DNA from: Paraphysomonas bandaiensis
Lineage: Eukaryota; Protista; Chrysophyceae
Direction of reading: 5' to 3'
Assembly: GCA_965644295.1 (NCBI GenBank)
Contig: CBFFRP010000017.1
Location: 62,001 to 126,000 of the forward strand
DNA: 64,000 bases
The notes under the pieces were generated by a model. The model had not been told where the DNA came from. It ran no database searches and saw only the letters and a program-made list of their open reading frames with translations. The position numbers were made by a program, and so were the translations under genes. The first letter of the stretch is position 1; every line of letters begins with the position of its first letter. This document shows, one piece after another, positions 23,293 to 35,800 of the stretch.

Positions 23293-23618
23293 ATATATAC
23301 AATATACATGCCTAGTATTGCAAACAATCAGACATTAACTGCTATAGAAATCCCTTGGCCATGGAATCGTAGATAGTATATGTTACTATAGTCATTACTG
23401 ATAAAATAAGATGCAATTTCTTTTTATTTGAAGTTGCTTGTAGTTAGCCAGCTGGAGTTACGGAGAGGAGGAAGCTAAGGATGAGATGCAGGACTCTGCT
23501 AAAATCTATCTTGTTGGTGGAGCCATAAGGATAATATTAGAATAATATGATTCTTTTCGTGACTCGTGACACTGTCCGTCCTTTGAACACACTGTTTGGA
23601 CTCGATTAGGGTTGAATA

Positions 23619-23805
23619 CCTTGGAGACTTCTTTCGACAAAGCGGACCAGTCTGGTCCCACTTCATTTTTTTGTATTGTGTTTCTTTGTATGGAACATGA
23701 GTGTAGAGCTTTGAAATTGTGGTCAAAATGACCAAAAATTTTTAGGACGAGCTACACTCCGACAAGTGGAGGGCTGGTCCACTTTGTCGAAAAACGTCTC
23801 CTTGG
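23619..23805. mobile_element. 187-bp MITE, Tc1/mariner-type (TA-flanked)
   Basis: ~33-bp imperfect TIRs (ccttggagacttctttcgacaaagcggaccag / ctggtccactttgtcgaaaaacgtctccttgg), each flanked by TA. Confidence 0.7.
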
Positions 23806-24101
23806 TATCAGGGATGCCATTACTAGTTGGTAGCAATCGTATGCATATATAAAAGTAAGTATCGTATTAACTACTTCTGTATCCACCCTAAGATTATACG
23901 GCTGCAAAAGTCACCATTTCACACGTCCTTGAAGTAATTAGAATTTCAAAAACAGAAATACAGTTTGTGCTTGTTCTTCATAAGCAAAGTCAGTACCTAG
24001 GCATATATCCCTACGCAATCATTACGCTTCGAAAAGAAAACTACACAACATGATAAAAAGCAACTTTATTTACTAATCTAAACGACGGAACTTAGTCGAT
24101 A

Positions 24102-27100
24102 CTAATACTGACGTTGTTGTCGAAACCTTCCACTCCCTCGCCCGCTCCTTCCCCCTCTTTTCCCAACTCTTCCTCCTGCCCCGTAATGCACCTGTGACTG
24201 TAACCCGTACGGTTGATGGTGCTGGTAGCCATGTGACTGTGGCTGGTGCGCGACAGACCCATAATACGGGGTATGGGTTTGATGGGAAACTGGTCCCCCC
24301 TGAGGAGGATAGTATCCCGGCCCTGGTGGAGGGACGTCGTAGTCACGGGAGTACATAGGATCATAAGACTGCTGCTGGTAGTGATGGGGTAGTCTCTGCT
24401 CCGATTGCAGTCTATTATTATACCCTCTGTTGTTTTCAGGAGCAGGATGCGACGCGGGAGGCGCTGACATACCCTGTAAGTATTTTACCGTTGTCCCCGG
24501 TGCGATTTCCTCCACCAGGTCCAAGAACCCTGGATCAGATGTATTCTATATCTCCAGTAAGGACAAAATAGACAGGATACAAAGACATTATTTGCTAACC
24601 TCTATCAAATGAGCATATTTCTCGTCACTGAGTCTTTCAACGAGAACCCCCAACTCATCCTCTGTAAGTAACTTTACAGAGAAGGTCGTAAGACAAAGCA
24701 CCAGTGGCATGAACCGCAATTACCTTAACATACTCTGGAAGAGCGCTAAGGCCGGCGACAACATCATCATCATCTGTGTTGTCTTCGAACCCAGGGGGAA
24801 GCTCCACTTCCATAGGGGTACTGCGTACACATTGTCAGTAAAAAGAGGTAAACAGAGCCGTTAACATTGGCACCTCTCAGTAGAATCAGAAGGAGCAGGA
24901 GCAGAAACATGAGAAGGCCCAGAGGATAAAGGTGCTTCCTTGTCGTCCCAGGGTATCGCAAGCGGAGGTCTGTCCTCCGCCGCACGAAGGACAGTACACG
25001 GATCTGGGTCTTTCGGTATGGCATCTTCTGAGGAAAATACCGCCTCTGTTCGTTTGTTCAATCGTTGGGTCTGGATCTTGCACTCCCGGCTCTCAGCTCG
25101 CGTTTCGCTCTCTTTCCGCGAGAGCGAAGGGGGTGTCCACGGTATCGCAGGGGACATACGTGCTGCGGAGGAGAGGAGCTGCTCCATGCGCATTCTCTCT
25201 GCAACCTGTTGAGTGTATTTAACACTCTGCCTCTCAGCTGTACAGTCAAGTACATCACATCATAACAAGAGAAGCCGTTGCATATATTTTGTACCTTGAA
25301 TCTCTCGCTTTCGAAGCATAGAGTAGGACATCTTCTCCCCGCTTGCACTCTTACCGTCGCCACCTGTGGAAGCAACAGAGGAAGAGGTTGCTCCAACAAC
25401 TGCATAATACTTCTGCTCCTCGTCATCCTCATCTTCAATTGGTGGAACTGATACTTGTTCTTGCTGTTTAGTCTCTTCCTCAACACCAGCCAGTTCCATT
25501 GTCGGACCAGAAGGTAATACATTAACGGGAGCCTCATAAGGGGGTAGAGACTCAAATTCAAGTACATCAGAGAGCATTCCCCCAGCTGACTCGTCCGCCC
25601 ATCTGTACGGCGGTCACACATACGACGACAACAGGCACAGAGTACTTACTTTATCTTTCGCCGTTTGGCATTATGTGCAGTGTCATCCTCCACCGACCCC
25701 CCTTCGTTACTGCGATTACCGCATTTCACACACAACCACAGCCATAACTCACCTTTATCTTTACCACTACCACTGAAGCTGCTGAATGATATCTCCTTTC
25801 CATCCCCCTGATTCTGCCCGGGGCTTTTCGCCGCAGGCTGCTCCAAAACACCCCTCTCCACCTTCTCACCGGAATCCACCATAACTATGGTATTGGACCG
25901 AGGGGGAACCGTCATAAGAGGCCGCCCCTGCTCTTTCTCTCTGGCGGATGTACCTGATGGTCGAGAAGTTCCCTCAGATGCAAGAAATTTCGAGAGCATG
26001 TCGACGTTCTTGTTGGACACGGGCTGAGATGCAGAACCTCCTCCATATGCGGCGCTAGTCGCAGGAGAGGGAGCAGGAGGCGCGTCACGTGCACGCTTGC
26101 TCCGCTCATCCTGTTGCTGCTGTGATGTATTCAGCGCTCGTTTGGCACGCCATGCAGGGACTGTGGAAGCCTCAACAGACTCGGACGTAGACGACGGATA
26201 TTTCCCTTTCTTTTCACTACCGCCTTTCACTCCGGTGGTGGTGGTGGACCCTGCCCCCTTTCCCCCAGAAGAAGTGACTGATCCTGCCGAGAGAGGTTTC
26301 ATTGGCAGTCGGTTCTGCAACTTTGAGAGGAGATCCTTGTAGTGTTGTTGAATATTTTCCCGCAAGGCTTCAATCGTTCCTATTCGACCTTTGCCAGCTG
26401 CCAAGTGGTCAAATCCAACCACACTAGGGAACCTAGCACTTGACATTAATCTCGCAGAACGCTGAGCTACTTCCTCTATAAAAGTTGCAATCTGCCTGTC
26501 AGCCTTGCTCTCTATCTGACACCCAGGGGACACTAACCATTCGAGAGTATGTTCTAATAGCGTGAGATCAACTCCATCTTTTAAGTCACTGCTCGTGATC
26601 TGCAATCAAGGTACATACCATTACAATTCCCAATACAAATATAGTAATACTAACTTGTAGCCAGTTGACAACATGAGTAAGACCACCGCTCTGATTGAAG
26701 GCACTTATAGCAGCCGCGTTTCGTGTGCTTTTAAGTATTTCGACAACCAGAGCTCTGCGGGAAGGTGTCATGTCATACTTGTCCAGCATCCCTGCAAGCT
26801 CTTCAGCTGCAGCGGAACTTATTAGACCACCTGCCTCTGTCATTACAGTCCCTAGAGAGGCTTCAAATTCATCGTAGTCAACTAGCGGTAATATCGGAGC
26901 AACGGATTCGATATCAGTCGACACACACGATGCGGTGTCGGTATTCATCTCGAAAGGGCTCTTCTTGTGCTCACTGACATATGCACCACACACCTGAGAC
27001 AGGAACTCCATCTGGTTCTTGAACACCTAAGAGTATATATTAGTCCACAGCAGAGAGGGCATTTAGCAGTGCCTTAAAGTGGCTGCCCAGCACTTGCTTG

Positions 27101-27114
27101 TGCAAATCAGCCAT
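24102..27114 (-). CDS. PPP1R10: PP1 nuclear regulatory subunit PNUTS (PPP1R10)-like, multi-exon
   Basis: TFIIS-N-like helical region (AFNQSGGLTHVVNWLQ). Spliced PP1-docking motif KRRKIK|WADE...SDVLEF. IPWTPP and SRECKIQTQRLNKRTEAVFSSEDAIPKDPDP resemble the PNUTS conserved block. RGG-rich tail. Confidence 0.72.
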
Positions 27115-27265
27115 ACTGTTTTACTGATCAAAAACAACACTTGCTACACACAATCAGTATGAAATAGTACGCATTGTGAGCCCAATCTGGATGCGCGCTC
27201 GAGAGGTCAGGCAGGTGAGAAGTGTATGAGGATGCTGTTAAAATGCACATGCAAACCAACACACA

Positions 27266-27801
27266 TATATACATACATATATACATACATACATACATAC
27301 ATACATACATACATACATACATACATACATACATACATACATACATACATACATACATACATACATGCATACATACATACATACATACATACATACATAC
27401 ATACTACATACATACATACATACATGCATACATACATACATACATACATACATACATACATACATACATACATACATACATACATACATACATACATACA
27501 TACATACATACATACATACATACATACATACATACATACATACATACATACATACATACATACATACATACATACATACATACATACATACATACATACA
27601 TACATACAGTACATACATACATACATACATACATACATACATACATACATACATACATACATACATACATACATACATACATACATACATACATACATAC
27701 ATACATACATACATACATACATACATACATACATACATACATACATACATACATACATACATACATACATACATACATACATACATACATACATACATAC
27801 A

Positions 27802-27830
<29 letters not shown>
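27266..27830. repeat. (CATA)n microsatellite, ~560 bp
   Basis: Seen directly. Confidence 0.98.
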
Positions 27831-27835
<5 letters not shown>

Positions 27836-28209
27836 ATATATACATTGATATGATTGGACAAGGCAAATCTTCCTCTCTTTGCTTTTTGAACAAGAAGAGC
27901 GAGAAGTGAGAATGAAAGTCCGTGACAGGGTATGTCTATGTGATGTTAGGTCTAGAGATGTACGCATACCAGACGCAAGTGATGTTAATTGTTTATTATT
28001 CCTATCGTTGCAGTTGAGTTCAACGTATTTGAAGATTAAGCGGCACACACATATGCCCTTCTCTGACGGCAGTTTAGCGCAATCCTGCATAGTAACATCA
28101 GTCAGACGTGGGGTTCTCTCATGCTTGTTGTGATGTTTATTGAAGTGTGATTATGTAACATGTAATACAGTGCATATACATACGTGTGATTGCTTACGGC
28201 TCTCTGTCA

Positions 28210-29660
28210 TGTTGGATACGCTCAGTGGTGTTATCGTGCTTCTTGTGATAGTTGTGAATTACACTGTATATCAGCGTATATACAGATGTAACAATATTCC
28301 TGCCTACTTATCCGAAGGGTTCTACAAGTACGCGCTTGGTGTTTTAAAGAGTCAAGATACGGCAGTGGTATTGTGTAAAGACCACAATATTGTGTTTTCT
28401 AGAAGCCCTGAACTTGTCGAGCATGTTGCGTATGGTTTATACTCCATACCATCACAGATACTGCAGAGACATAGTAGGCTTAAAATTATTGGGAATGAGG
28501 AATGATGGTGTACTTTTCTGTGATGACGATGACAGGAGGAACGAGGAAAGATGGTCACTTATTCGCGTGCTGAACAGGGACACCGAAAAAATTGTAAATG
28601 TAGCCTGCGAAGAGATTATTATGCTTCTTTTTGTTGCGCTGTATGAGGATAGAAGCTGTGAGGTTGATCTTTTCTTTCTCACCCAAAAGGCGAGTAGTTC
28701 TTGTAGAACATCAAGCAGTATAATGTGGTGTGATAGGCTTTGTTGCGAGCCGGTCTAAATGCGATTTTTGGCATTGGATGTATCGGGATGTACATGGACG
28801 AATCGGAGTTGATTTCCACATTGAGCAGATATGTGATGGCTGTAGACTATATGCTAATTCGACGCATTTTATTGGGACGTCAATTAAACTGAGATTTATT
28901 TAATTGCCATCAAGAGGGCACATCATGATACTGTCAGATGTATCCTTGACATTGCTACTTCTTGTGATCCTTCCAATGAACTTAGCAAATCCATGCAAAA
29001 TAAGGAGGAGGATGAAATGTCTTACAAATGCCAGTTGTCGTTGCAAACTTCTCTCGAACTTTTTCTGCTTCTCTCTCATCATGGGTTACCGCATGCTTTA
29101 AGTGCTATACTACTTGAGCTCAACGCATGCCCCAAAGATCTATAAGCGTGCCTATCCGATCTCTCCAAGCATCGTGCCCATGCATTCCGGCTATCTGGAG
29201 CTAAATGGTGCGTGAGGGATAGTGGTAAGACGAGTCAAGTGTCGGGAACTCTTTTGCGGGAGTCGTCAATAAAGAATCCACCAGCAGTGGCTGTGGTTGA
29301 ACTCGACATCGATCCAGGAAATGGCGTCGTGACTGACTAAACGTACACCAGAGAGCGTATCTTTTGCAACAGCATCCAGCCCCCTCTACTCCACAGTGTT
29401 TCAGCCTTTTCCGGAGAAGAATAGCGATGTTAATACAATTTTTTACAGCTTTTCACTTTTTGGGTGAGATGAACACAGTATTCAGTGCACTTAGTGTTTG
29501 TATATTTATGCTGGGGTGACCACAGGTCGTGCGCGGGTGAATTACTTGCACTATCACTCTTTCGAGGCATACTGGCAACATTGATTCCTCGATATAACTT
29601 TCAATTCAAAGACATCGACAAATCACAGACAGAAAACAAAGCAAATATAGGTGGTAAGCA
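28210..29660 (+). pseudogene. Cytochrome P450 pseudogene (frameshifted, partly deleted)
   Basis: N-terminal anchor MLDTLSGVIVLLVIVV; SRSPELVEHV / GLKLLGMRNDGVLF..ERW; DESELISTLSRYVMAVDYMLIR; FQPF (29399-29410); heme motif HRSCAGELLALSLFRGILATLIPRYNF (29521 onward). The pieces lie in different frames with stops. Confidence 0.7.
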
Positions 29661-29692
29661 TACTCTTACGTTCTACTTCTGTTCCCGTCATC

Positions 29693-30344
29693 ATGCGGAA
29701 ACGAGTGTGCAGTGTTGTGGTGTCGGGAGCTCCCTCAACGTGCTAAACGATTTTATGTCGGAGCTTACTGGGGAATTGTACATGGTCCAGTTCTCTCTCG
29801 TTTTATTCTCGAATAGGAGACATTCCTCATGGTATCATGCTAGAGCGAGGATGGACACGGAATACACTCTGTAATGACAGGGGAATATTTAAGGAGTTGC
29901 AATTGGAGATGCTTAAGTACCAGGATGAACGTGAGACTGCAGTTGTAGACACTGGAGGAATTTTTATATCGGACCGTGGAATGGACCCGCTTGCATACCT
30001 ACAGCTAACTTTAGTACACACTTTGAGTGAAAGTTCTTTGGAGGAACAAGAATTTAAGCTATTATAGGTAACGATTATGTACAGAGAATGATAGACAGGC
30101 ACTGGACTTGTTTCTTGACCCCTTCGAATGCATGCCCGCCTCAAATACGCAAGGTTCCAGCTCTTCGGTTGCTAGTCTGATCCGGTTCAACGATATTCTT
30201 TGCGATATCCTCACCTCTTTGGATATTCCCTTCTACAGGCTCTCATCAGATTTGAAAGTGGAAGAGGTCGTGTGGCTAGGAGAGCAGCTGGGGGACACTT
30301 TCGCGACTTTGGGTTTGGTGATTGACGTAAATGTTATCATTTGA
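29693..30344 (+). pseudogene. AAA_28 (NadR/Ttd14-type) P-loop ATPase, disabled
   Basis: MRKRVCSVVVSGAPSTC*TILCRSL has TAA (29744-29746) where the Walker A GK should be. Downstream FISDRGMDPLAY motif; two apparent GT-AG introns. Confidence 0.65.
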
Positions 30345-30508
30345 CTTAATACTCTTTGGCGCTTTGTAACATTCGTGTCGTGTATTTCTTTGTATGTAAA
30401 CTATTTCACCATAATTTTAAATGCAAGTTCGAATTTTTTTATTTTCTTTGCAGCATTTACGTGTTGTACGAACAATTTGATTGAGATATAGTATGCATAT
30501 ACATCGCA

Positions 30509-30855
30509 CAGGGCACGTATTCATTAATTATCACTTAATTGACGCAGGTTGTAGCCAATTATAATTGCAATTATTACTTGCTGTTTCAATTTCAACTATT
30601 GCAATTAATTGCAATTACTTAATACTAAACAACATTAGCTGCCAATATATAGCTACCTCAACTGTCTTTTCATTCCAAAGGCGACGGTTCATGCGTAAAG
30701 AAGTGGCATTAATTCTTTTCAGTATAAAAAGGTGGTATTTTTATATCTATTAATTGGTATTAATTGACAATTGATTGAAGCGAGTCAATTATAATTGCAG
30801 CTATTACTTGTTGTCTCAATTTCAATAATTGACAATTAATTGATACGTAGCCCTG
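30509..30855. mobile_element. 347-bp hAT-type MITE
   Basis: TIRs CAGGGC-ACGTAT / ATACGTAGCCCTG; perfect 8-bp TSD ACATCGCA at 30501-30508 and 30856-30863. Confidence 0.92.
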
Positions 30856-31179
30856 ACATCGCACATAATTTGTATTAGTTTGCATACATCAATCAGTGAA
30901 ATATGTGTATATTTGAGCAATATTTATATGCAGAGGGATGGGTTGGTACGTTAATAAACGATTAATAAGAGTCAACCAGATATCATACTGGTCTTAACAT
31001 TACTACTTCGAATAACTCAGAGCTTCAGTCTATACAGTAACAGTATTAATCGTTGAGATATGTCGAGATGGACTGAGCAACTACAAATACGTTCTATGGA
31101 ATGCTTAAGTAATGACAGAATCCAATCGAATATTACGACCACAGTTATTATCACATCAATTCCTTCCGCTGTACATATT

Positions 31180-32018
31180 CTACGTCACTTGCATATTAAT
31201 CCTATTACGTTTTTTTGTTGATGTACTAGTCGCTACCGCTCTTGTAATTGAACCAGGTGGAGCAACACGTAAACTTGCCATTTCAGTTTCATGTATTGAC
31301 TCATCGTAGCGTTTATTCCAATTAATAAAGTGAATTCGCATTGCAATATCACCTGCTTTGCCCTGGCTACGCAGAGACAGCACCTTTGCCAAATACCACG
31401 CTCCAAACCGTGGTCTAAATATATCGATCGTATCTCCTTCACGAATGCTATCTTTCCACCGTTCCATGCTCTTCTCTGCTCGTGACAGGTCATCATGCAG
31501 TTCAGTATATATTCCTAATTCTCCATTGACATCAGTTATGAGAGGCGATAAGAGCTTGCTATACTCTGCAGGAGAATAAAGAATGCGAGCAATGGCTGAT
31601 ACGTCCTCGGCACATACGGCATTATGAAACGACTCAATCAACTTTCCTAAATCCGAATCTCTAGCACCCGGTACCTTTTCTGATTTTCGATTCCGTTTTC
31701 TTGAAGACTTACGAGAATCGGTTTTCTCTATTATGCTCCTAATGCTGCATATGGATGATGATGGCACGAGAGCCTTATCAACCAAAAAACTCGATAGTTC
31801 ACTCCTAGACATTTCTTCAACATCGCCATCTTCATACAGTACCTGGAACACACTTACTCATAACCCGCGACCATTCTGCCTACCTTGAAATAAGGGGTGC
31901 GATAAGAGGCCACAATACCATAGAAGTTTCCGTGTCCATGAAATCTCTTCGTGATAAAGTTACCGAGAACATCCTCATCACAATCATTGAAGTCAGTGCT
32001 CAGCAGGGACCCTGTCAT
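31180..32018 (-). CDS. Small chromatin-type protein with two Tudor/Agenet-like domains, 2 exons
   Basis: KRFHGHGNFYGIVASYRTPYFK|VLYEDGDVEEM (PTM/DIR17-like Tudor) and GDTIDIFRPRFGAWYLAKVL...IHFINWNKRYDESI (Tudor-knot-like); basic NLS-like linker. Confidence 0.75.
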
Positions 32019-32312
32019 AGTTCCGGAGTCACGGTGTCATATAGAGAAAGGCTTTCTTCGTCAAGTTGGAATTGATTAGAAGATAGCTACATAGCAAAGT
32101 TGATGAGGTTGCTCCGGATTTTTAAATTTGCGACAAGAAATTTGACGTTTTTTAGACCATCTCTGAAAATCTCCGATTATATGGACGGAACTGTAGATTT
32201 TATTGCCTCGATGTCTAGATATACTGTATACGGTATACAGAGTATGTATGCAGAGTACAGCAGAATATAGCAGTGTACGCAGCTAAAGACATGTATACAG
32301 CACACACGAGTG

Positions 32313-32692
32313 CATGTATGTATGTATGTATGTATGTATGTATGTATGTATGTATGTATGTATGTATGTATGTATGTATGTATGTATGTATGTATGTATG
32401 TATGTATGTATGTATGTATGTATGTATGTATGTATGTATGTATGTATGTATGTATGTATGTATGTATGTATGTATGTATGTATGTATGTATGTATGTATG
32501 TATGTATGTATGTATGTATGTATGTATGTATGTATGTATGTATGTATGTATGTATGTATGTATGTATGTATGTATGTATGTATGTATGTATGTATGTATG
32601 TATGTATGTATGTATGTATGTATGTATGTATGTATGTATGTATGTATGTATGTATGTATGTATGTATGTATGTATGTATGTATGTATGTATG
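32313..32692. repeat. (TATG)n microsatellite, ~380 bp, uninterrupted
   Basis: Seen directly; same repeat as (CATA)n on the other strand. Confidence 0.98.
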
Positions 32693-32866
32693 ATGCCATT
32701 CCGCATTGTCGTCCAGATAGTTGCAGTCCTCATCATCATATAGTCTACTCGCTGTTCCTGAGGTACAGTCGTCACTGCTTCTGCCTGTAGTAATTTATCA
32801 GCACAGTGGTGCGGGTTTATCCAGTCACAGTAATGTAGTCTGCAGTGTGTGTATATTCGTATAGTA

Positions 32867-35800
32867 ATGCTACTGATGTCTCATCACACGACCGATATAT
32901 ACACCCTCATATTCCTTATCGCTGCTTGCGTTAATGCCTCATCTGTTTCCAATGAACAAGTCGCATCGCTGCGCGATATATATGACAGCGCTGGCGGTGA
33001 GTCCTGGCAGTGGAGACAGGCAGACGGCTCCAGACCGATATGGAATTTTACAGGCCCTCTAGATAGCATCGATCCCTGTAATGATAATGGCGAAGTGTGG
33101 CAAGGGTTAGAATGCTCACATCCACCCATGTTTTGTGCTTCCACATCATGCGATGTTACGGTGCTCACACTTGGTGGCTATGGACTGAACGGCACGATTC
33201 CTTCCAGCCTATCGAGCCTGAGTTCGCTATCCATGCTAGACCTCTCAACAATACCATCAGCTGATTTATTGAATAGCACTGATGATGCTATTTTCAATAT
33301 TAGTAGTAATAAATCTTGTAATATATATGGCACCTTACCTCAGTCTGTCGGCGACATGGTCGATCTAAAAATTCTCAATCTTGCGCGATGCAGATTGTCA
33401 GGCTCCCTGCCGCGATCTTTTGGTAATCTTACAAAGCTGGATACTGTTTTCCTCAATTCGAATAACTTTGGGGGCTCACTTCCCACTGAGTTGAGTGCGC
33501 TGGAGAAAGTTCGGGTTTTTAATGTTGGGTCTAATATGTTAATGGGGTCCATATTCTCAGAAGTGGGAAACCTGAAACAATTGGAATACCTTTTCCTCAA
33601 CGATAACTTCCTGCAAGGTCCGATACCTTCCGAGTTAGGACTCGCATCATCGCTGGTACGAGTAGTTATCAGCAACAACGAGATATATAGCTCCATTCCG
33701 TCTGCACTAGGATTACTCACTGGTTTACAGAGTCTCGAATGCAGTAGAGCCCACTTGACAGGTGTAATCCCGTCGGAACTTGGCAATCTGTCCTCCCTCG
33801 TCCTGTTGGATATGCATACGAACGAACTATCAGGGATATTGCCCTATGAGCTCTGTCAACTTGTAAATTTGGAAGCCCTGAAAGCAAGAAATAATATGAT
33901 ACATGGTACTATCCCGGAATGCTTTGGAAATCTTCGTAATCTGGAAGCGCTCGACCTGGCCAGCAACACTTTTAATGGAACTGTCCCAGCATCTGTCGGA
34001 AATATTACCACCCTGCAGACCATAAACCTTTTTCAGAATGAGTTTAGTGGATTCATACCAGCGAAAGTAGAAAACTTGACCATGTTGCGATTCCTAAGCC
34101 TAGCGTCTAACGAATTTTCGGGTGTCATTCCCTCGTATCTGGGCACCCTCCCGAACTTACAATACATTTTCATTGAGAATAATAGAATGACTGGTTCAAT
34201 CCCTTCAGAACTTGGACTGTCAAATTCACTCATTCATTTAAGTATGAATCGCAATAATCTTTTTGGGACGATTCCTCGGTCTCTGGGTATGCTCACGAAG
34301 CTGAGGAATCTGAACGTGATGGCTTGCTCACTGACTGGAACCATTCCACCCGAACTAGGCAATTTATCTTCGCTAATTACTTTAGACTTTCATGAAAACA
34401 GCCTTACTGGCACGCTTCCGTCAGAGCTCGGACTGCTGACGAGGCTGGGCTTCGCTTTTTTATCCAAGAACAACTTCACAGGCACACTACCCTCGACCCT
34501 TCACTCACCGTGGATGGAGTTTCTAGATGTGGGGCACAATTTGCTTACTGGAAGTCTACCACTCACACTCTTCAACCAATCGAAATTAAAGGGTCTTGAT
34601 GTTGCCCACAATATGCTGACGAGCACACTGCCTTCGGAATTCAAAAATTTGAAATTGTTGAGAAACATATACTTAGAGGCCAACGCTTTCACTGGTTCAC
34701 TTCCACTCGAGTGGTCAGATATTAGCAGGTTAAACTACTTGAACCTGCACAATAACTTCCTCGACGGGTCCATACCGAATGAATATTTGAAACTCACTGA
34801 GCTGGAGGAGATCTTCCTGTACGAGAACTATCTCACCGGTACAATTCCATCTCAAATTGGATTGCTATCCCTCCTTCTCAACATTGATGTGCACTCAAAC
34901 AGCCTCAGTGGTACGATACCCACGTCTTTTGGGGACATGGCATCTCTTTATTATCTCCAGTTTCATGACAATTTTCTCAGTGGGAATATACCGTCGTCTT
35001 TAAGTAAGCTATCTAGCTTGCTTGTTTTGGAACTTCAAGGAAACGAGTTGACAGGTCGACTGGGAGATGTATTTTCTAACGAGAAGGATATGAGTATTGA
35101 GAATCTTGACCTGAGTGATAATTTTCTCAGCGGAAGGATTCCTGATGGTTTATTTGACATTCCGCATTTGCGAACTGTTGCTCTAAGCTCTAACTGCTTT
35201 TACAATACCTTACCAAATCGAATCTGCAACGCGCGGAGCTTGAGTGTTGTCTCCTTTGACGGGCTGGGTTCGGCTGACAAATGCAGTGATGGTTTCACTG
35301 TGCCGTTTACTAAAGTTACTCTACGCCCTACTGTTGATGGGACTCTTCCGCAGTGTTTATTTAGCCTGGAAAACCTAACTGTGCTTCATATAGCTGGAAA
35401 TAAGTTGTCTGGAACTATTTCTGATATCCCACCTGAATCAAAACTCTATGACCTCAGTCTTGCGCACAATCATTTGTCTGGTATGTTTTTGTATAACGAC
35501 TTTCAATGTTGACCCCAATTCGGTTCAGGAACAATACCAGTATCTATACAGAGAAAGAAGTTTGATAACCTTGACCTGTCTTACAACAAGTGCGTATTGA
35601 TATGCGTTGAAGTGTGCTTATATCTCTTTCAGGTTTGGTGGACTTTGTTCATATCTTTTGACATCGGATGGAGCTAAGATAGCTTTAGAAGTAAATCGTC
35701 TTTCTGGCAATTTTCCTAGCCGTCTTTCTCATGCAAGAGGACTCAATGTTCTTTCTGGTAACATTTTATTTCTGCTTGTGTAACTGATAGTAAATGCCGA

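Noticed and set aside
29744-29746. Stop-codon reassignment explaining the in-frame TAA
   Set aside because: TAA, TAG and TGA all end conserved genes here (for example AAC and NLE1 end in TAA), and the neighbouring Gly codon is also mutated.
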